DNA of 64,000 bases from Pseudomonadota bacterium (GTDB taxonomy: Bacteria > Pseudomonadota > Gammaproteobacteria > Burkholderiales > JABEVD01): the NCBI GenBank assembly GCA_021802655.1, contig JAJZRP010000004.1, positions 3,288-67,287 on the forward strand, read 5' to 3'. The position numbers and the translations under genes were made by a program. Each line of letters opens with the position of its first letter. Position 1 is the stretch's first letter. The notes under the pieces were generated by a model that was not told where the DNA came from, ran no database searches, and saw only the letters and a list, made by a program, of their open reading frames with translations. This document shows, one piece after another, positions 47,703 through 57,294 of the stretch.

Positions 47703-49031
47703 TCAGGCCGCCGCAGGCGCCGCCCTGGGGCGGCGCCTGCGGCGGCGCTTCGGCGCCTCGTCATGAAGCAGCATCCCTTCCCGCGCTTCGCCCGATGCAG
47801 CCTGGAAATCCTCCCACCACTTCCCGATTGCGGAATCGACTTCGCCGCTTTGGCAGCGCAGCACCAGAAAATCGTATCCCGCGCGAAACCTGGGATGCTC
47901 CAGCAGGAGATACGGCCTGCGCCCGGAGCGCTGCAAAAAGCGCGGCTGCAGGCTCCATATTTCCTTCATGGTGGCGGTATATCTTCTCGGAATGGCAAGC
48001 TTCTCCTGCTGCACCCCGAGCACATGATCCATCGCATCGAAAAGCGCGGGAACCGGCCTCACCCCCTTCTCCTGTGCGGCTTTCCATGCGGCGAGCACCT
48101 CGTGCCAGAGCAGCGAGGCGAACAGGAATGCAGGGGAAACCGGCTTTTCCTCGGCCACCCTCTCGTCGGTATTCCTGAGGGCAGCCATGACGAAACGCTC
48201 GCCCATCGGCTGCTCCAGAATGACGTCCAGCATAGGCAGCAATCCGTGATGCAGCCCGGCCCGCCGCAATTCCAGGATGCAAGGTACGGAGTGCCCGGAC
48301 ATCAGGAGCTTCAGCATTTCTTCGAAAAGCCTCGCCTCCGGAACATGCTGCAGCAGCTCTCCCAGAGTTTCGATGGGCGCTTCGGTCTTCCGGTCGAGCT
48401 TCATCCCGAGCTTGGCGGCAAAGCGCACGGCGCGCAGCATGCGCACCGGGTCTTCCCTGTAGCGGGTCGCAGGATCCCCGATCATCCTGAGCCTCGAATC
48501 CTTGAGATCGGCATAGCCGCCGTGGTAATCCCAGATCTCCTCCGTGGAAGGGTCGTAGAAAAGCGCATTGACCGTGAAATCGCGCCTTTGCGCATCCTCT
48601 TCCTGATTGCCGAAAACATTGTCGGCGAGCACCCGGCCATGGGCATCGGTCCTTCCTTCGCCCTCTTCCTCGCTCTCGTCGGAAGCATGCGAGCGCCTGA
48701 AGGTCGAAACCTCGATCACTTCCGCCCCGCACATCACGTGAACCAGCCTGAAGCGCCTGCCTATGATTCTGGAACGCCTGAAAATCGCCCTGATTTCGTC
48801 GGGATCGGCATCGGTCGCCACATCGAAGTCCTTCGGCTTTCTGCCCAGCAGCAGATCTCTCACAGCACCGCCCACGACAAATGCGGAAAAACCCGCTTCC
48901 TGCAAACTCGACGTCACTTTTCTCGCGCAGGGACTCACGCTCTCGCGGCGGATGCCGTGCTTCTTCAGGGGAATGACGAGCGGGCCGTTTTTCGGTTTTT
49001 CGAAAACCCGTTGGATGAATTTGCGGATCAT
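47703..49031 (-). CDS. pcnB: poly(A) polymerase I
   Basis: 442 aa. GGAVRDLLLGRKPKDFDVAT nucleotidyltransferase motif and Arg-rich C-terminus. Confidence 0.9.
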   Translation of the reverse strand: MIRKFIQRVFEKPKNGPLVIPLKKHGIRRESVSPCARKVTSSLQEAGFSAFVVGGAVRDLLLGRKPKDFDVATDADPDEIRAIFRRSRIIGRRFRLVHVMCGAEVIEVSTFRRSHASDESEEEGEGRTDAHGRVLADNVFGNQEEDAQRRDFTVNALFYDPSTEEIWDYHGGYADLKDSRLRMIGDPATRYREDPVRMLRAVRFAAKLGMKLDRKTEAPIETLGELLQHVPEARLFEEMLKLLMSGHSVPCILELRRAGLHHGLLPMLDVILEQPMGERFVMAALRNTDERVAEEKPVSPAFLFASLLWHEVLAAWKAAQEKGVRPVPALFDAMDHVLGVQQEKLAIPRRYTATMKEIWSLQPRFLQRSGRRPYLLLEHPRFRAGYDFLVLRCQSGEVDSAIGKWWEDFQAASGEAREGMLLHDEAPKRRRRRRPRAAPAAA

Positions 49032-49067
49032 TGCACCGGCGCAGGAAAGAAATTGATCATCCGCAGA

Positions 49068-49739
49068 TTATAGCGGAAAATCCTTTCGCAAGCTGATGAT
49101 TTGCCATCCCATTCTCTCGGCGTGATCCTTGAGCGTGGGATCCGGATCGACGGCGACGGGATGGCTCACCTCCTGAAGCAGGGGAAGATCGTTGAGCGAA
49201 TCGCTGTAGAACCAGCTCGATTCGAAATCGGAAAGCTTCTGCCCGCGCGATTCCAGCCAATCCTTCAGGCGGATGACCTTGCCTTCCCTGAAGCAGGGAA
49301 TTCCCGAAGGATTCCCGGTGAATTCCCCGCCTAGAATTTCGGGCTCGGTGGCAAGCAGGTGCGCTATCCCGAATGCCGCGGCGATGGGTCCGGTGACGAA
49401 GCTGTTCGTCGCGGTGACGATAGCGCAAAGGTCTTCCCTGTGGCGCTCGATCAGCCTGAACGCGGATTCCAGCATCATGGGTCTCACCTTTGCCTCCATG
49501 AATTCGGCATGCCAGAGATCGAGCTGGCTCCTCGCATGCCTGGACAGGGGTTTGAGCTGGAAAGCGAGGAATTCGCGGATGTCGAGCGTACCGGACTTGT
49601 AGTCCTCGTAGAACTGGCTGTTCCTGGCTTCAAACACTTCCCGGTCGAGCACGCCCTTTTCCATCAGGAACTGGGCCCACTCGAAATCGCTGTCCCCTTT
49701 CAGCAGGGTGTTGTCGAGGTCGAACAGGGCTAGGCGCAT
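49068..49739 (-). CDS. HAD-IB family hydrolase (phosphoserine-phosphatase-like)
   Basis: 223 aa. LFDLDNTLL (DxDxT) motif and SDSLNDLPLL. Confidence 0.8.
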   Translation of the reverse strand: MRLALFDLDNTLLKGDSDFEWAQFLMEKGVLDREVFEARNSQFYEDYKSGTLDIREFLAFQLKPLSRHARSQLDLWHAEFMEAKVRPMMLESAFRLIERHREDLCAIVTATNSFVTGPIAAAFGIAHLLATEPEILGGEFTGNPSGIPCFREGKVIRLKDWLESRGQKLSDFESSWFYSDSLNDLPLLQEVSHPVAVDPDPTLKDHAERMGWQIISLRKDFPL

Positions 49740-50401
49740 TTCATTTTCTCCATGATTTCCTTCAGCAGGGGAATCGTTATCGGGCGCCTGTTTTCGAGCG
49801 AATAATCGTCGAGCGCATCGAGCATCGCAACGAGCGTCGGCAGGTCGCGCCGGACATGATGCATCAAGTAATTGACCACTTCCACAGACAGATCGAAGCC
49901 GCGCGCCCTGGCGTGGGACTGCAGCGCCTCGCGCTTTTCATCGTCCATCAGTGCATGGACCTGGTAGACAAGGCCCCAGCCGAGGCGGGTGGCGAGATCG
50001 GGGCGCAAACCTATACGGAGTGGGGGCGCATTCCCGCTCGCGAGCAGCACTTTCCCCTTCTCGCGCAGCCTGTTGTAGAGATGGAAAAGCGCGACCTGCC
50101 CTGCTTCTCCCAAATTTTCCACATCGTCCACCGCGACGAAATCGGCATCGATGTCGAAGCCGGTCTCCTTGCTGCAGGCGACATGAACGGATTTGAGCCC
50201 CGCGCCCGATGCTTCATTGCAGCATGCCGCGAGCAGATGGCTCTTGCCGCAGCCTTCTTCTCCCCAGAGATAGACCATGCGCTCATTTAGCCTGCCTCCC
50301 AGGAGATCGCGCAGCACCTGCAGCATTTCCATGTTGGAGCCGGTGACGAAATTCGAAAGGGTGGGATTGCCGGAGGAGAGGCCCAGAAGCAGTTGTTTCA
50401 T
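49730..50401 (-). CDS. hda: DnaA regulatory inactivator Hda
   Basis: 223 aa. AAA+ P-loop GEEGCGKSHLL. Typical position divergent from purM. Confidence 0.8.
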   Translation of the reverse strand: MKQLLLGLSSGNPTLSNFVTGSNMEMLQVLRDLLGGRLNERMVYLWGEEGCGKSHLLAACCNEASGAGLKSVHVACSKETGFDIDADFVAVDDVENLGEAGQVALFHLYNRLREKGKVLLASGNAPPLRIGLRPDLATRLGWGLVYQVHALMDDEKREALQSHARARGFDLSVEVVNYLMHHVRRDLPTLVAMLDALDDYSLENRRPITIPLLKEIMEKMKCA

Positions 50402-50506
50402 TCAGCGCTTGACATTCATTTGCGGTAAAATCGGCAATAACTTGCAAAGTTCGTATTCTAGCAGCACTGCTGGTGCATCCATGACACTTTTTCGAAGAGA
50501 ACGACA

Positions 50507-51544
50507 GTGAACCAAGACTCCCTTTCCTACAAAGACGCCGGCGTGGACATCGACGCGGGCGACAGGCTGATCGAGAACATCAAGCCGCATGCCAAAAAAA
50601 CCCTGAGAGAAGGCGTTCTGGGCGGCATAGGCGGTTTCGGGGCATTGTTCGAAATTTCGAAGAAATACCGGGAACCCGTGCTGGTATCCGGAACCGACGG
50701 CGTGGGCACCAAGCTGAGATTGGCCTTCATGCTCGGCAAACACGACACGGTCGGGATAGACCTCGTCGCGATGAGCGTCAACGACATCCTGGTGCAGGGG
50801 GCGGAGCCGCTTTTCTTCCTCGACTATTTCGCCTGCGGCAAACTGGATGTCGGCATCGCCACGGACGTGATCCGCGGCATCGCCAAGGGTTGCGAGCAGG
50901 CGGGATGCGCCCTGATCGGCGGGGAAACGGCGGAAATGCCAGGGATGTACCCGGCAGGGGAATACGATCTTGCCGGATTCGCAGTGGGCGCCGTAGAGAA
51001 ATCGAAAATCATCGACGGCAGCGGCATTCGTGAAGGCGACATCGTGCTGGGGCTCGCATCGAGCGGCGCGCATTCCAACGGCTATTCGTTGATCCGCAAG
51101 ATCATCGAGCGCGACCATGCCGATCTTTCCATGGTATTGCCCGGAGAATCCCGTCCCCTTTCCGAAGTCGTCATGGCGCCCACCAGGATCTATGTCAAAT
51201 CCATGCTTGCGCTTTTCGAGAAATTCCCGCCCAAAGGGCTCGCCCATGTCACGGGAGGCGGCCTGCTCGAAAACATTCCGCGCATCCTCCCGGAAAACCT
51301 GACTGCCGCCCTGCAAAAATCCTGGCCCATGCCTCCGCTCTTTTCATGGCTGCAGGAAAAAGGCAAGGTTCAGGACTCCGAAATGCACCGGGTATTCAAC
51401 TGCGGGATCGGCATGATCGTGGTGACTTCTCCCGAAAATGCCGAAGCATCGATCAGGCTGCTTGAGGATGCCGGGGAATCCGTCTGGAAAATAGGCGAAA
51501 TCCGGACCCGCAAACCGGGGCAGGCGCAGACCTTCGTCGAATGA
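50507..51544 (+). CDS. purM: phosphoribosylformylglycinamidine cyclo-ligase
   Basis: 345 aa. [31 protein letters not shown] start. Confidence 0.95.
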   Translation: MNQDSLSYKDAGVDIDAGDRLIENIKPHAKKTLREGVLGGIGGFGALFEISKKYREPVLVSGTDGVGTKLRLAFMLGKHDTVGIDLVAMSVNDILVQGAEPLFFLDYFACGKLDVGIATDVIRGIAKGCEQAGCALIGGETAEMPGMYPAGEYDLAGFAVGAVEKSKIIDGSGIREGDIVLGLASSGAHSNGYSLIRKIIERDHADLSMVLPGESRPLSEVVMAPTRIYVKSMLALFEKFPPKGLAHVTGGGLLENIPRILPENLTAALQKSWPMPPLFSWLQEKGKVQDSEMHRVFNCGIGMIVVTSPENAEASIRLLEDAGESVWKIGEIRTRKPGQAQTFVE

Positions 51545-52179
51545 AGCGCATCGTCATCCTGATTTCGGGAAGGGGGAGCAACATGCTTTCCATCCTGGAT
51601 GCAAACCTCCCTGCGGAAGTGGCCGCAGTCATCAGCAACAGAAGGGATGCCCCGGGACTCGCTTCGGCCCGCGCGCGCGGGATAGAAGCCCTTGCGATCG
51701 AACATCGGGATTACGCTACGCGAGAGGCATTCGATGCTGCGCTTGCCGAAAAAATAGACGAATTCTCCCCGGATTACGTCATTCTCGCAGGCTTCATGCG
51801 CATTCTTGGGAACGATTTCGTGAACCGCTACGCGGGGCGCCTCCTCAACATCCATCCCTCCCTGCTTCCCGCCTTTCCCGGAACGGCTACCCACAAAAGG
51901 GCGCTGGAAGAAGGAGTCAAGATTCACGGCTGCACCGTCCATTTCGTCACGGAAAAGCTCGATCATGGCGCGATCGTGATCCAGGCCGCGGTTCCGGTGC
52001 TGGAGGCCGATACGGAAGAGACGCTCGCCACGCGCGTTTTGAAGCAGGAGCACCGAATCTATCCCGAGGCGATACGCTGGCTCGTGTCGGGCAGACTGAA
52101 GATCGAGGGCAACAGGGTATGCATCGGCATTCCTGGAATGCCGATGGGAACCCTGATTTCGCCGGAAATACCGTGTTGA
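51541..52179 (+). CDS. purN: phosphoribosylglycinamide formyltransferase
   Basis: 212 aa. [29 protein letters not shown] overlap with purM. Confidence 0.95.
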   Translation: MKRIVILISGRGSNMLSILDANLPAEVAAVISNRRDAPGLASARARGIEALAIEHRDYATREAFDAALAEKIDEFSPDYVILAGFMRILGNDFVNRYAGRLLNIHPSLLPAFPGTATHKRALEEGVKIHGCTVHFVTEKLDHGAIVIQAAVPVLEADTEETLATRVLKQEHRIYPEAIRWLVSGRLKIEGNRVCIGIPGMPMGTLISPEIPC

Positions 52180-52183
52180 TGCG

Positions 52184-53182
52184 ATGAATCGCATCTGGAA
52201 AACCCTGCTGGTTTCCCTGCTGGCTTCCCTGCTGATCCACTTTTTGCTGCTGGGCTTTTTCCCCAAGATCACCTGGCCCGATTTCGGAAAGAAACCCATC
52301 GTTCTGGAAACCCGGATCGTCTCCCCGAAAAAACCGATTCGCTTCAAGCCGCTCGCCCCGCCAAGACCCAAGACCGCCAAACCCAAAGCTTCAGAAACAG
52401 GGGCGCCCCCCTCCATCGCCAGAACCGAATCCGCGAGCCCGCCGCAACTCACGAGCGCGCCCACGCCTGCAAGCATGCCCATGCCTGCGAGCACTCCCCG
52501 GGCGGCAAGCGCCCCGCTACCCGGACAGGAAAAAGAGGTCGGGGTGCCGAGTCACGCCGTCCTGACTTTCAATGTCTTCAGGGGCAACGTCAACGTGGGA
52601 ATCGCCGTCCATACCTGGGACATCACGGACGACGGGCGCTATGCGATCACGAACAGGGTCAGTGCGACAGGCATCTTCGCCCTTTTCGTCAAGGGCGCCA
52701 TGACCCAGACGAGCGAAGGGCGGGTGACCGAAAAGGGACTCCAGCCTGAACTCTACACGATCACCCGGGGAGGCGAGCAAAACCGGCAGGAAGCGCATTT
52801 CGACTGGAAAACCATGAAGCTCGAACTGGTCTCCAACGGGGTCAGCCAGGAAGTGGAGCTCGAACCCATGACCCAGGACCAGTTGAGTTTTCTCTACCAG
52901 TTCGCCTACACCCCCCCGAAAGAAGGCATTTTCAGTTTCCATTCGACAGACGGCAGGAAGATCGATATCTACGATTACCAAATCCTCGGAGAAGAAACCG
53001 TCCTCTCCGGGGCTAAAAAAATCAGGACATTGCACCTGAAAAAATTGCACGATGCCGGGGTGGAAGGAACCGAAATCTGGCTCGACGAAGACCATTACTA
53101 CTGGCCGGTGGCAGTGTTGATGACGGACAAAAACGGCGACACGATGAGGCAACTGATCTCGCAAATCGAGGAAAAACGATGA
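52184..53182 (+). CDS. DUF3108-like envelope protein with TM anchor and Pro-rich linker
   Basis: 332 aa. TM LLVSLLASLLIHFLLLGFF, then a Pro/Ala/Ser-rich spacer, then a beta-rich domain. Its position after purN recalls DUF3108 genes in other betaproteobacteria, from memory. Confidence 0.5.
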   Translation: MNRIWKTLLVSLLASLLIHFLLLGFFPKITWPDFGKKPIVLETRIVSPKKPIRFKPLAPPRPKTAKPKASETGAPPSIARTESASPPQLTSAPTPASMPMPASTPRAASAPLPGQEKEVGVPSHAVLTFNVFRGNVNVGIAVHTWDITDDGRYAITNRVSATGIFALFVKGAMTQTSEGRVTEKGLQPELYTITRGGEQNRQEAHFDWKTMKLELVSNGVSQEVELEPMTQDQLSFLYQFAYTPPKEGIFSFHSTDGRKIDIYDYQILGEETVLSGAKKIRTLHLKKLHDAGVEGTEIWLDEDHYYWPVAVLMTDKNGDTMRQLISQIEEKR

Positions 53183-53295
53183 CACGGATGCATCGTGATC
53201 AGGCGCCCGGACATTTCTCCATACCGCAATCAGGATTTCGGTGCCGAAGCAGGCCGACCCTGACGGCGGCAAGCATGCGCCCGCTCGACCCAAGC

Positions 53296-53324
53296 TTGTC
53301 ACAAAACCATCACAATTCTTTCAC
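53296..53324 (+). promoter_or_regulatory. three direct 7-bp repeats at 11-bp phasing (Pho-box-like / OmpR-family response-regulator site candidate)
   Basis: TTGTCAC-aaaa-CCATCAC-aatt-CTTTCAC, 74 nt upstream of the TBDR start. Compare the E. coli Pho box CTGTCAT-A(A/T)A(T/A)-CTGTCA(C/T). Confidence 0.3.
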
Positions 53325-53397
53325 GTTATCCTAAGTCTGGCTGCGTAAATTTCGCCCCACAAATTGGTTTTTTGTGACTTCTATAGGGGAGAAATGC

Positions 53398-55569
53398 ATG
53401 AAAAAGGGATTCGGTTTCAGGAAAAAGCTTATCGCTCAGCTGGTTTTGGGAAGCCTCTTCGCAGCAGGCCATGCCTTCGCGCAAGACGCGGTGGATCTGG
53501 GAACGGTGCAGAGCAATGCGGGAGACACCGGCGCCACAGGCCCCGGCACGGCGTCCTATGTGGCGCCCACCCAGGGTTCACTGGTCGCGACCCAGCCCCA
53601 GTCGATTATGAGCCAGCAATACATCCAGCAAAACGCTTCGGCGACTTCCAACTACACCGACATCGTCAACATCGCGCCATCCGTCTACAGCATTGACCCG
53701 AACGGCCCTGGCATGATGGAATCCCAGTCCGGCGGTCCTTACATCCGGGGCTTCCACGACGGGCAGTATAACGTCACGTTCGACGGCATTCCATGGGGCG
53801 ACTCGAACGACTTCACGCACCATTCGACCTCCTACTTCATGGCCCAGGATATAGGCGGCATCACGGTTGACCGCGGTCCGGGGGACGCCAGCAACATCGG
53901 CTATGCCACCTTCGGCGGCACCCTCGCCGTGCAATCCAAGAATCCGATGACTTCGACCAATTTCAATGCTTATGCAACGGTCGGAAGCTGGAATACCCGT
54001 ATGGTGGGCGGCGAATTCGACACAGGCGTGATGAAGAACTACGGAGACGGCGCTGCCTTCATCGACTACAGAAAGGTTCAAACGGACGGCTACCTGACCA
54101 ACAGCGGCCAGAAGCGCGGCAACCTGTTCGTCAAGTATGTGAAACCTGTTTCGGACACGACCGTGTTGACCTTCGTGACCATGCAGAACACGGTTCATCA
54201 GAACGTTCCTTATGGCGCGACCCTCTCGACCATCGCGCAGTATGGCAAGAATTACGGACTGAGCGCGAATCCGATGAGCCAGGACTATTACAACTACAAC
54301 TACGATTCGATCAACTCGGATTTTGAATACATCGGCCTGAATACCACACAGGGCAACTGGCAGATCGACAACAAGCTCTACACTTATGCCTACTACCACA
54401 ACGGCTTCAACGGTGCGCTTGTGGGGATCAACCAGCCCAACACGGGAGGGCTCTCTGCAGGCGACGTTCCCGGTGGCGCAATGTACATGAATTATCGTTC
54501 CTGGGGCGACATCCTGAAAACTTCCTATGCCATCGGCAAGGACAGCCTGGATATCGGCGCATGGATGGACCGCCAGAACAACAACCGCGGAGCATGGAAC
54601 ACGGATGCGACGCTCGGCAATGCATTCGTCAGCTGGACTGGCGGCAGGTTGATGACCGACTCATTGACCACCGTTCAGCCCTATGCCCAGTACAACTGGA
54701 AGCTCTCGGATGCCCTCACGGTCACGCCCGGGGTAAAATACTCGTCCTTCACCAGGACCATCAATGCCCCCATAAACAACGGCGGCAACCCAGCCTATGC
54801 CGGCAGCCAGACCTGGGGAAAGGCGCTTCCCTCGCTCGTCGCGCACTACATGATCCAGCCCAACTGGAGCGCCTATGCCCAGTATGCCGAAGGCTTTTTG
54901 GCGCCCAATATCAATGTGTTCTCGACAGCCGGCGGCACCCCGCTGCCTAGCGAGCTGAATCCCGAAACGACGCAGAACTTCCAGGTCGGCACAACCTGGA
55001 AGAGCAAGCAGCTCACCGTTTCCGGCGACGTCTACAAGATCGACTACACCAATCAGGCGCAGGCCATTGCGTGCGGCGCCTATACCTGCTACCAGAATAC
55101 CGGCGGGGTAAAATACAACGGCGTCGAGGGCGAGGCGACCTATGTCATGGGCTCCGGATTCAGCCTGTACGGCAACTATGCCATCAACAATTACACGATG
55201 AGCACTGCGGGCAACTACCTCACGGATGTTGCTAAATTTACAGCGACGGCAGGCGTGATCTACAATCAGGGACCGGCCTATGCCTCCCTGATCACCAAGG
55301 AAATCGGCGGCCGCTACGGCTTTGCACAGGATGCCAACGGCAATCCGATCCCCTTCTCGAGCTACGCGGTGACGAACTTCAACTCGAGCTATGATTTCAA
55401 GGGGCTGGCCGGCTGGGGCAAGGATGTAAAGGTCGGCTTCCAGATCAACAACATCTTCAACTACAACAACATCTACGATTCGGCAACCAACGACGGGACA
55501 ACCAACGCGCCGATGTACTTCGTGTATCCCGAGCGCAACTACGAGCTGACTCTGTCGATCGATCTGTGA
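53398..55569 (+). CDS. TonB-dependent outer membrane receptor
   Basis: ATG 53398 after GGGGAG. Signal peptide ...GHAFAQDA. Plug-domain blocks (IRGF..., NVTFDGIPWGD, ITVDRGPG). Long Tyr/Asn/Gly-rich barrel. 723 aa. Confidence 0.85.
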   Translation: MKKGFGFRKKLIAQLVLGSLFAAGHAFAQDAVDLGTVQSNAGDTGATGPGTASYVAPTQGSLVATQPQSIMSQQYIQQNASATSNYTDIVNIAPSVYSIDPNGPGMMESQSGGPYIRGFHDGQYNVTFDGIPWGDSNDFTHHSTSYFMAQDIGGITVDRGPGDASNIGYATFGGTLAVQSKNPMTSTNFNAYATVGSWNTRMVGGEFDTGVMKNYGDGAAFIDYRKVQTDGYLTNSGQKRGNLFVKYVKPVSDTTVLTFVTMQNTVHQNVPYGATLSTIAQYGKNYGLSANPMSQDYYNYNYDSINSDFEYIGLNTTQGNWQIDNKLYTYAYYHNGFNGALVGINQPNTGGLSAGDVPGGAMYMNYRSWGDILKTSYAIGKDSLDIGAWMDRQNNNRGAWNTDATLGNAFVSWTGGRLMTDSLTTVQPYAQYNWKLSDALTVTPGVKYSSFTRTINAPINNGGNPAYAGSQTWGKALPSLVAHYMIQPNWSAYAQYAEGFLAPNINVFSTAGGTPLPSELNPETTQNFQVGTTWKSKQLTVSGDVYKIDYTNQAQAIACGAYTCYQNTGGVKYNGVEGEATYVMGSGFSLYGNYAINNYTMSTAGNYLTDVAKFTATAGVIYNQGPAYASLITKEIGGRYGFAQDANGNPIPFSSYAVTNFNSSYDFKGLAGWGKDVKVGFQINNIFNYNNIYDSATNDGTTNAPMYFVYPERNYELTLSIDL

Positions 55570-55577
55570 GAACCTGA

Positions 55578-56258
55578 ATGAATATCGAAACTTTTCAACA
55601 CGTCGCCGAAACTTCCGGCGGAATCCTCTACCTGATGGGGCTGCTGCTTCTGGCAGCCCTGACGGTAGCCATCGAACGCAGCTGGTATCTCTGGAAAGTG
55701 ATCAGGCAGGGCGGCCAGATCATGTCCCGACTGGAGTCGGCAACGAAGGTGGAACATCAAACGCTGGAGCACCTGGGGGAAAGTTTTTCCCAGTTGCCCC
55801 ATGCCAGGGTGCTGACGGTCGCTTTGCAGCACGATCTCAACCACGACTTCGACCGCATTTCCGACAAGCTGGATGAATCCATCATGAGGGAAGCGCCCGG
55901 AATAGACCGATACCTATGGATCCTGGATACGATCGTGACCATGGCCCCGCTCCTGGGGCTCCTCGGCACCATCATCGGCATGTTCAATGCCTTTCAGGTG
56001 CTGGGAGATCCGGGCAATGCCCCGACCAAGGTCACGGGAGGAGTGGCCGAAGCATTGCTCGCCACAGCTTCCGGCCTCTTCATCGCGATCCTGGGCCTGT
56101 TTTTCTTCAATGCCTTGAGCAACCGGGTCCGCGTGATCATGCACCAGCTGGAGACGCTGAAAGTGATGCTGGTGAACCGCATGTATCCCCATTATCAGAA
56201 TGCCGCAGAAGTCAGGGCGAAGCAGGTCGTGTCCGACCTCAGATCGCGCGCGGTCTGA
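55578..56258 (+). CDS. exbB: MotA/TolQ/ExbB family proton channel
   Basis: 226 aa. MAPLLGLLGTIIGMFNAF and GGVAEALLATASGL signature helices. Confidence 0.85.
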   Translation: MNIETFQHVAETSGGILYLMGLLLLAALTVAIERSWYLWKVIRQGGQIMSRLESATKVEHQTLEHLGESFSQLPHARVLTVALQHDLNHDFDRISDKLDESIMREAPGIDRYLWILDTIVTMAPLLGLLGTIIGMFNAFQVLGDPGNAPTKVTGGVAEALLATASGLFIAILGLFFFNALSNRVRVIMHQLETLKVMLVNRMYPHYQNAAEVRAKQVVSDLRSRAV

Positions 56259-56269
56259 TCGGAGGCGGC

Positions 56270-56656
56270 ATGAAATATTTCGAAGTCAAGAAGGCACGGA
56301 TCGAGATCATTCCGATGATCGACATCATGTTCTTCCTGCTGATCTTCTTCATCATGATCACGCTGCACATGATCCCATCATCCGGGATAACTTCGAGCCT
56401 CGCCAAAAGCTCGACCGCCACCCCGCTCGATCAACCCAAAGTGGTTCTGAGCGTCGATGAGCAGGGCAATATCGGCATCGACGGCAGAACGGTCAGTCCG
56501 CCCGAACTGACTGCCATGCTGCAGCAGAAGGGGGCCAATACCATCGTCACCATAGCGGGCACCAAAGAGACTTCGCTTCAGCATCTGATGGACGTCATGG
56601 ATGCCTGCCGTTCTGCAGGTGTCACCCAGATCGGGCTGGCAGCCCGCAAGCAATAA
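56270..56656 (+). CDS. exbD: ExbD/TolR family protein
   Basis: ATG 56270 gives MKYFEVKKARIEIIPMIDIMFFLLIFFI...; 128 aa. Confidence 0.85.
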   Translation: MKYFEVKKARIEIIPMIDIMFFLLIFFIMITLHMIPSSGITSSLAKSSTATPLDQPKVVLSVDEQGNIGIDGRTVSPPELTAMLQQKGANTIVTIAGTKETSLQHLMDVMDACRSAGVTQIGLAARKQ

Positions 56657-56663
56657 GGCGATC

Positions 56664-57293
56664 ATGAAGTTCGCACTTTCCAGATCTGCCCTGATCGCGC
56701 TCGCACTCGAAAGCCTGATCATCGCGGTTTTTGCCGTGGTCCTGGAGCGTCAGCCAGTCAAGGAGAAACCCAAGCAGCCCGTGGTCATGCTGACCTTCCC
56801 GGCACTGCCCGATCCGCCCAAACCCCAGACGCCGCCGAAGCAGGAGAAACCGGTTTCCAGGCCCAGGCCCGTGCATCACCAGCAACCCAGGCCGGACCCT
56901 GTACAGCAGCCGAAGATCGCCGATGCTGCGCCTTCGACCATTCAGGCACCGGCGTCGCCGCCTGCTCCGCCGAAAGTCGAAAGCCCTGCTCCGGCACCGG
57001 ATATCGCAGCATCCTTCCGTAGCGCAGTAAGGGCCTCGGTTCAGGCCGCGGTGCATTACCCCTACGCCGCAAGGATGGCGCATGTTTCAGGAAAAGCCCT
57101 GGTTTCCTTCTCCTACCATGACGGTACGGTCAGCAACCCGTCGATCGTCACGTCGAGCGGATATTCCCTGCTCGACAATGCCGCGAAACAGGCCGTCGAA
57201 ACAGCTTCCTACCCCCCTCCCCCGCCCGAGCTGGCCGGAAGAGCTCTGCAGTTCCAGGTATGGGTGCGATTCAACCAGAACCAGGTGCAATAG
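56664..57293 (+). CDS. tonB: TonB family energy transducer
   Basis: ATG 56664. TM anchor, Pro-rich spacer (PDPPKPQTPPKQEKP...), C-terminal YPYAARMAHVSGKALVSF...SSGYSLLDNAAKQAV domain. Confidence 0.85.
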   Translation: MKFALSRSALIALALESLIIAVFAVVLERQPVKEKPKQPVVMLTFPALPDPPKPQTPPKQEKPVSRPRPVHHQQPRPDPVQQPKIADAAPSTIQAPASPPAPPKVESPAPAPDIAASFRSAVRASVQAAVHYPYAARMAHVSGKALVSFSYHDGTVSNPSIVTSSGYSLLDNAAKQAVETASYPPPPPELAGRALQFQVWVRFNQNQVQ

Positions 57294-57294
57294 C

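Noticed and set aside
46634-49073. Very long plus-strand ORFs (46634..48178, 514 aa; 47610..49073, 487 aa) opposite dNK, folK and pcnB.
   Set aside because: Both sit in the codon-aligned antisense frame of the real minus-strand genes; I checked the frame arithmetic. They are Arg/Pro/Gly/Ala-rich with no motifs. This is the classic shadow-ORF effect of GC3-biased genes, where TTA, CTA and TCA codons are rare.
53179-53334. 51-codon ORF (MTRMHRDQAPGHFS...) whose ATG forms an ATGA overlap with the DUF3108 stop, in the TBDR upstream region.
   Set aside because: No Shine-Dalgarno, an Arg/Ser/Pro-rich non-protein-like sequence, and it runs through the direct-repeat regulatory region. The ATGA is probably coincidental.
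53183-53397. Possible cobalamin riboswitch or Fur box upstream of the TonB-dependent receptor.
   Set aside because: I could find no B12-box-like element or conserved riboswitch core, and nothing resembling GATAATGATAATCATTATC. An Rfam scan would be needed to be certain.
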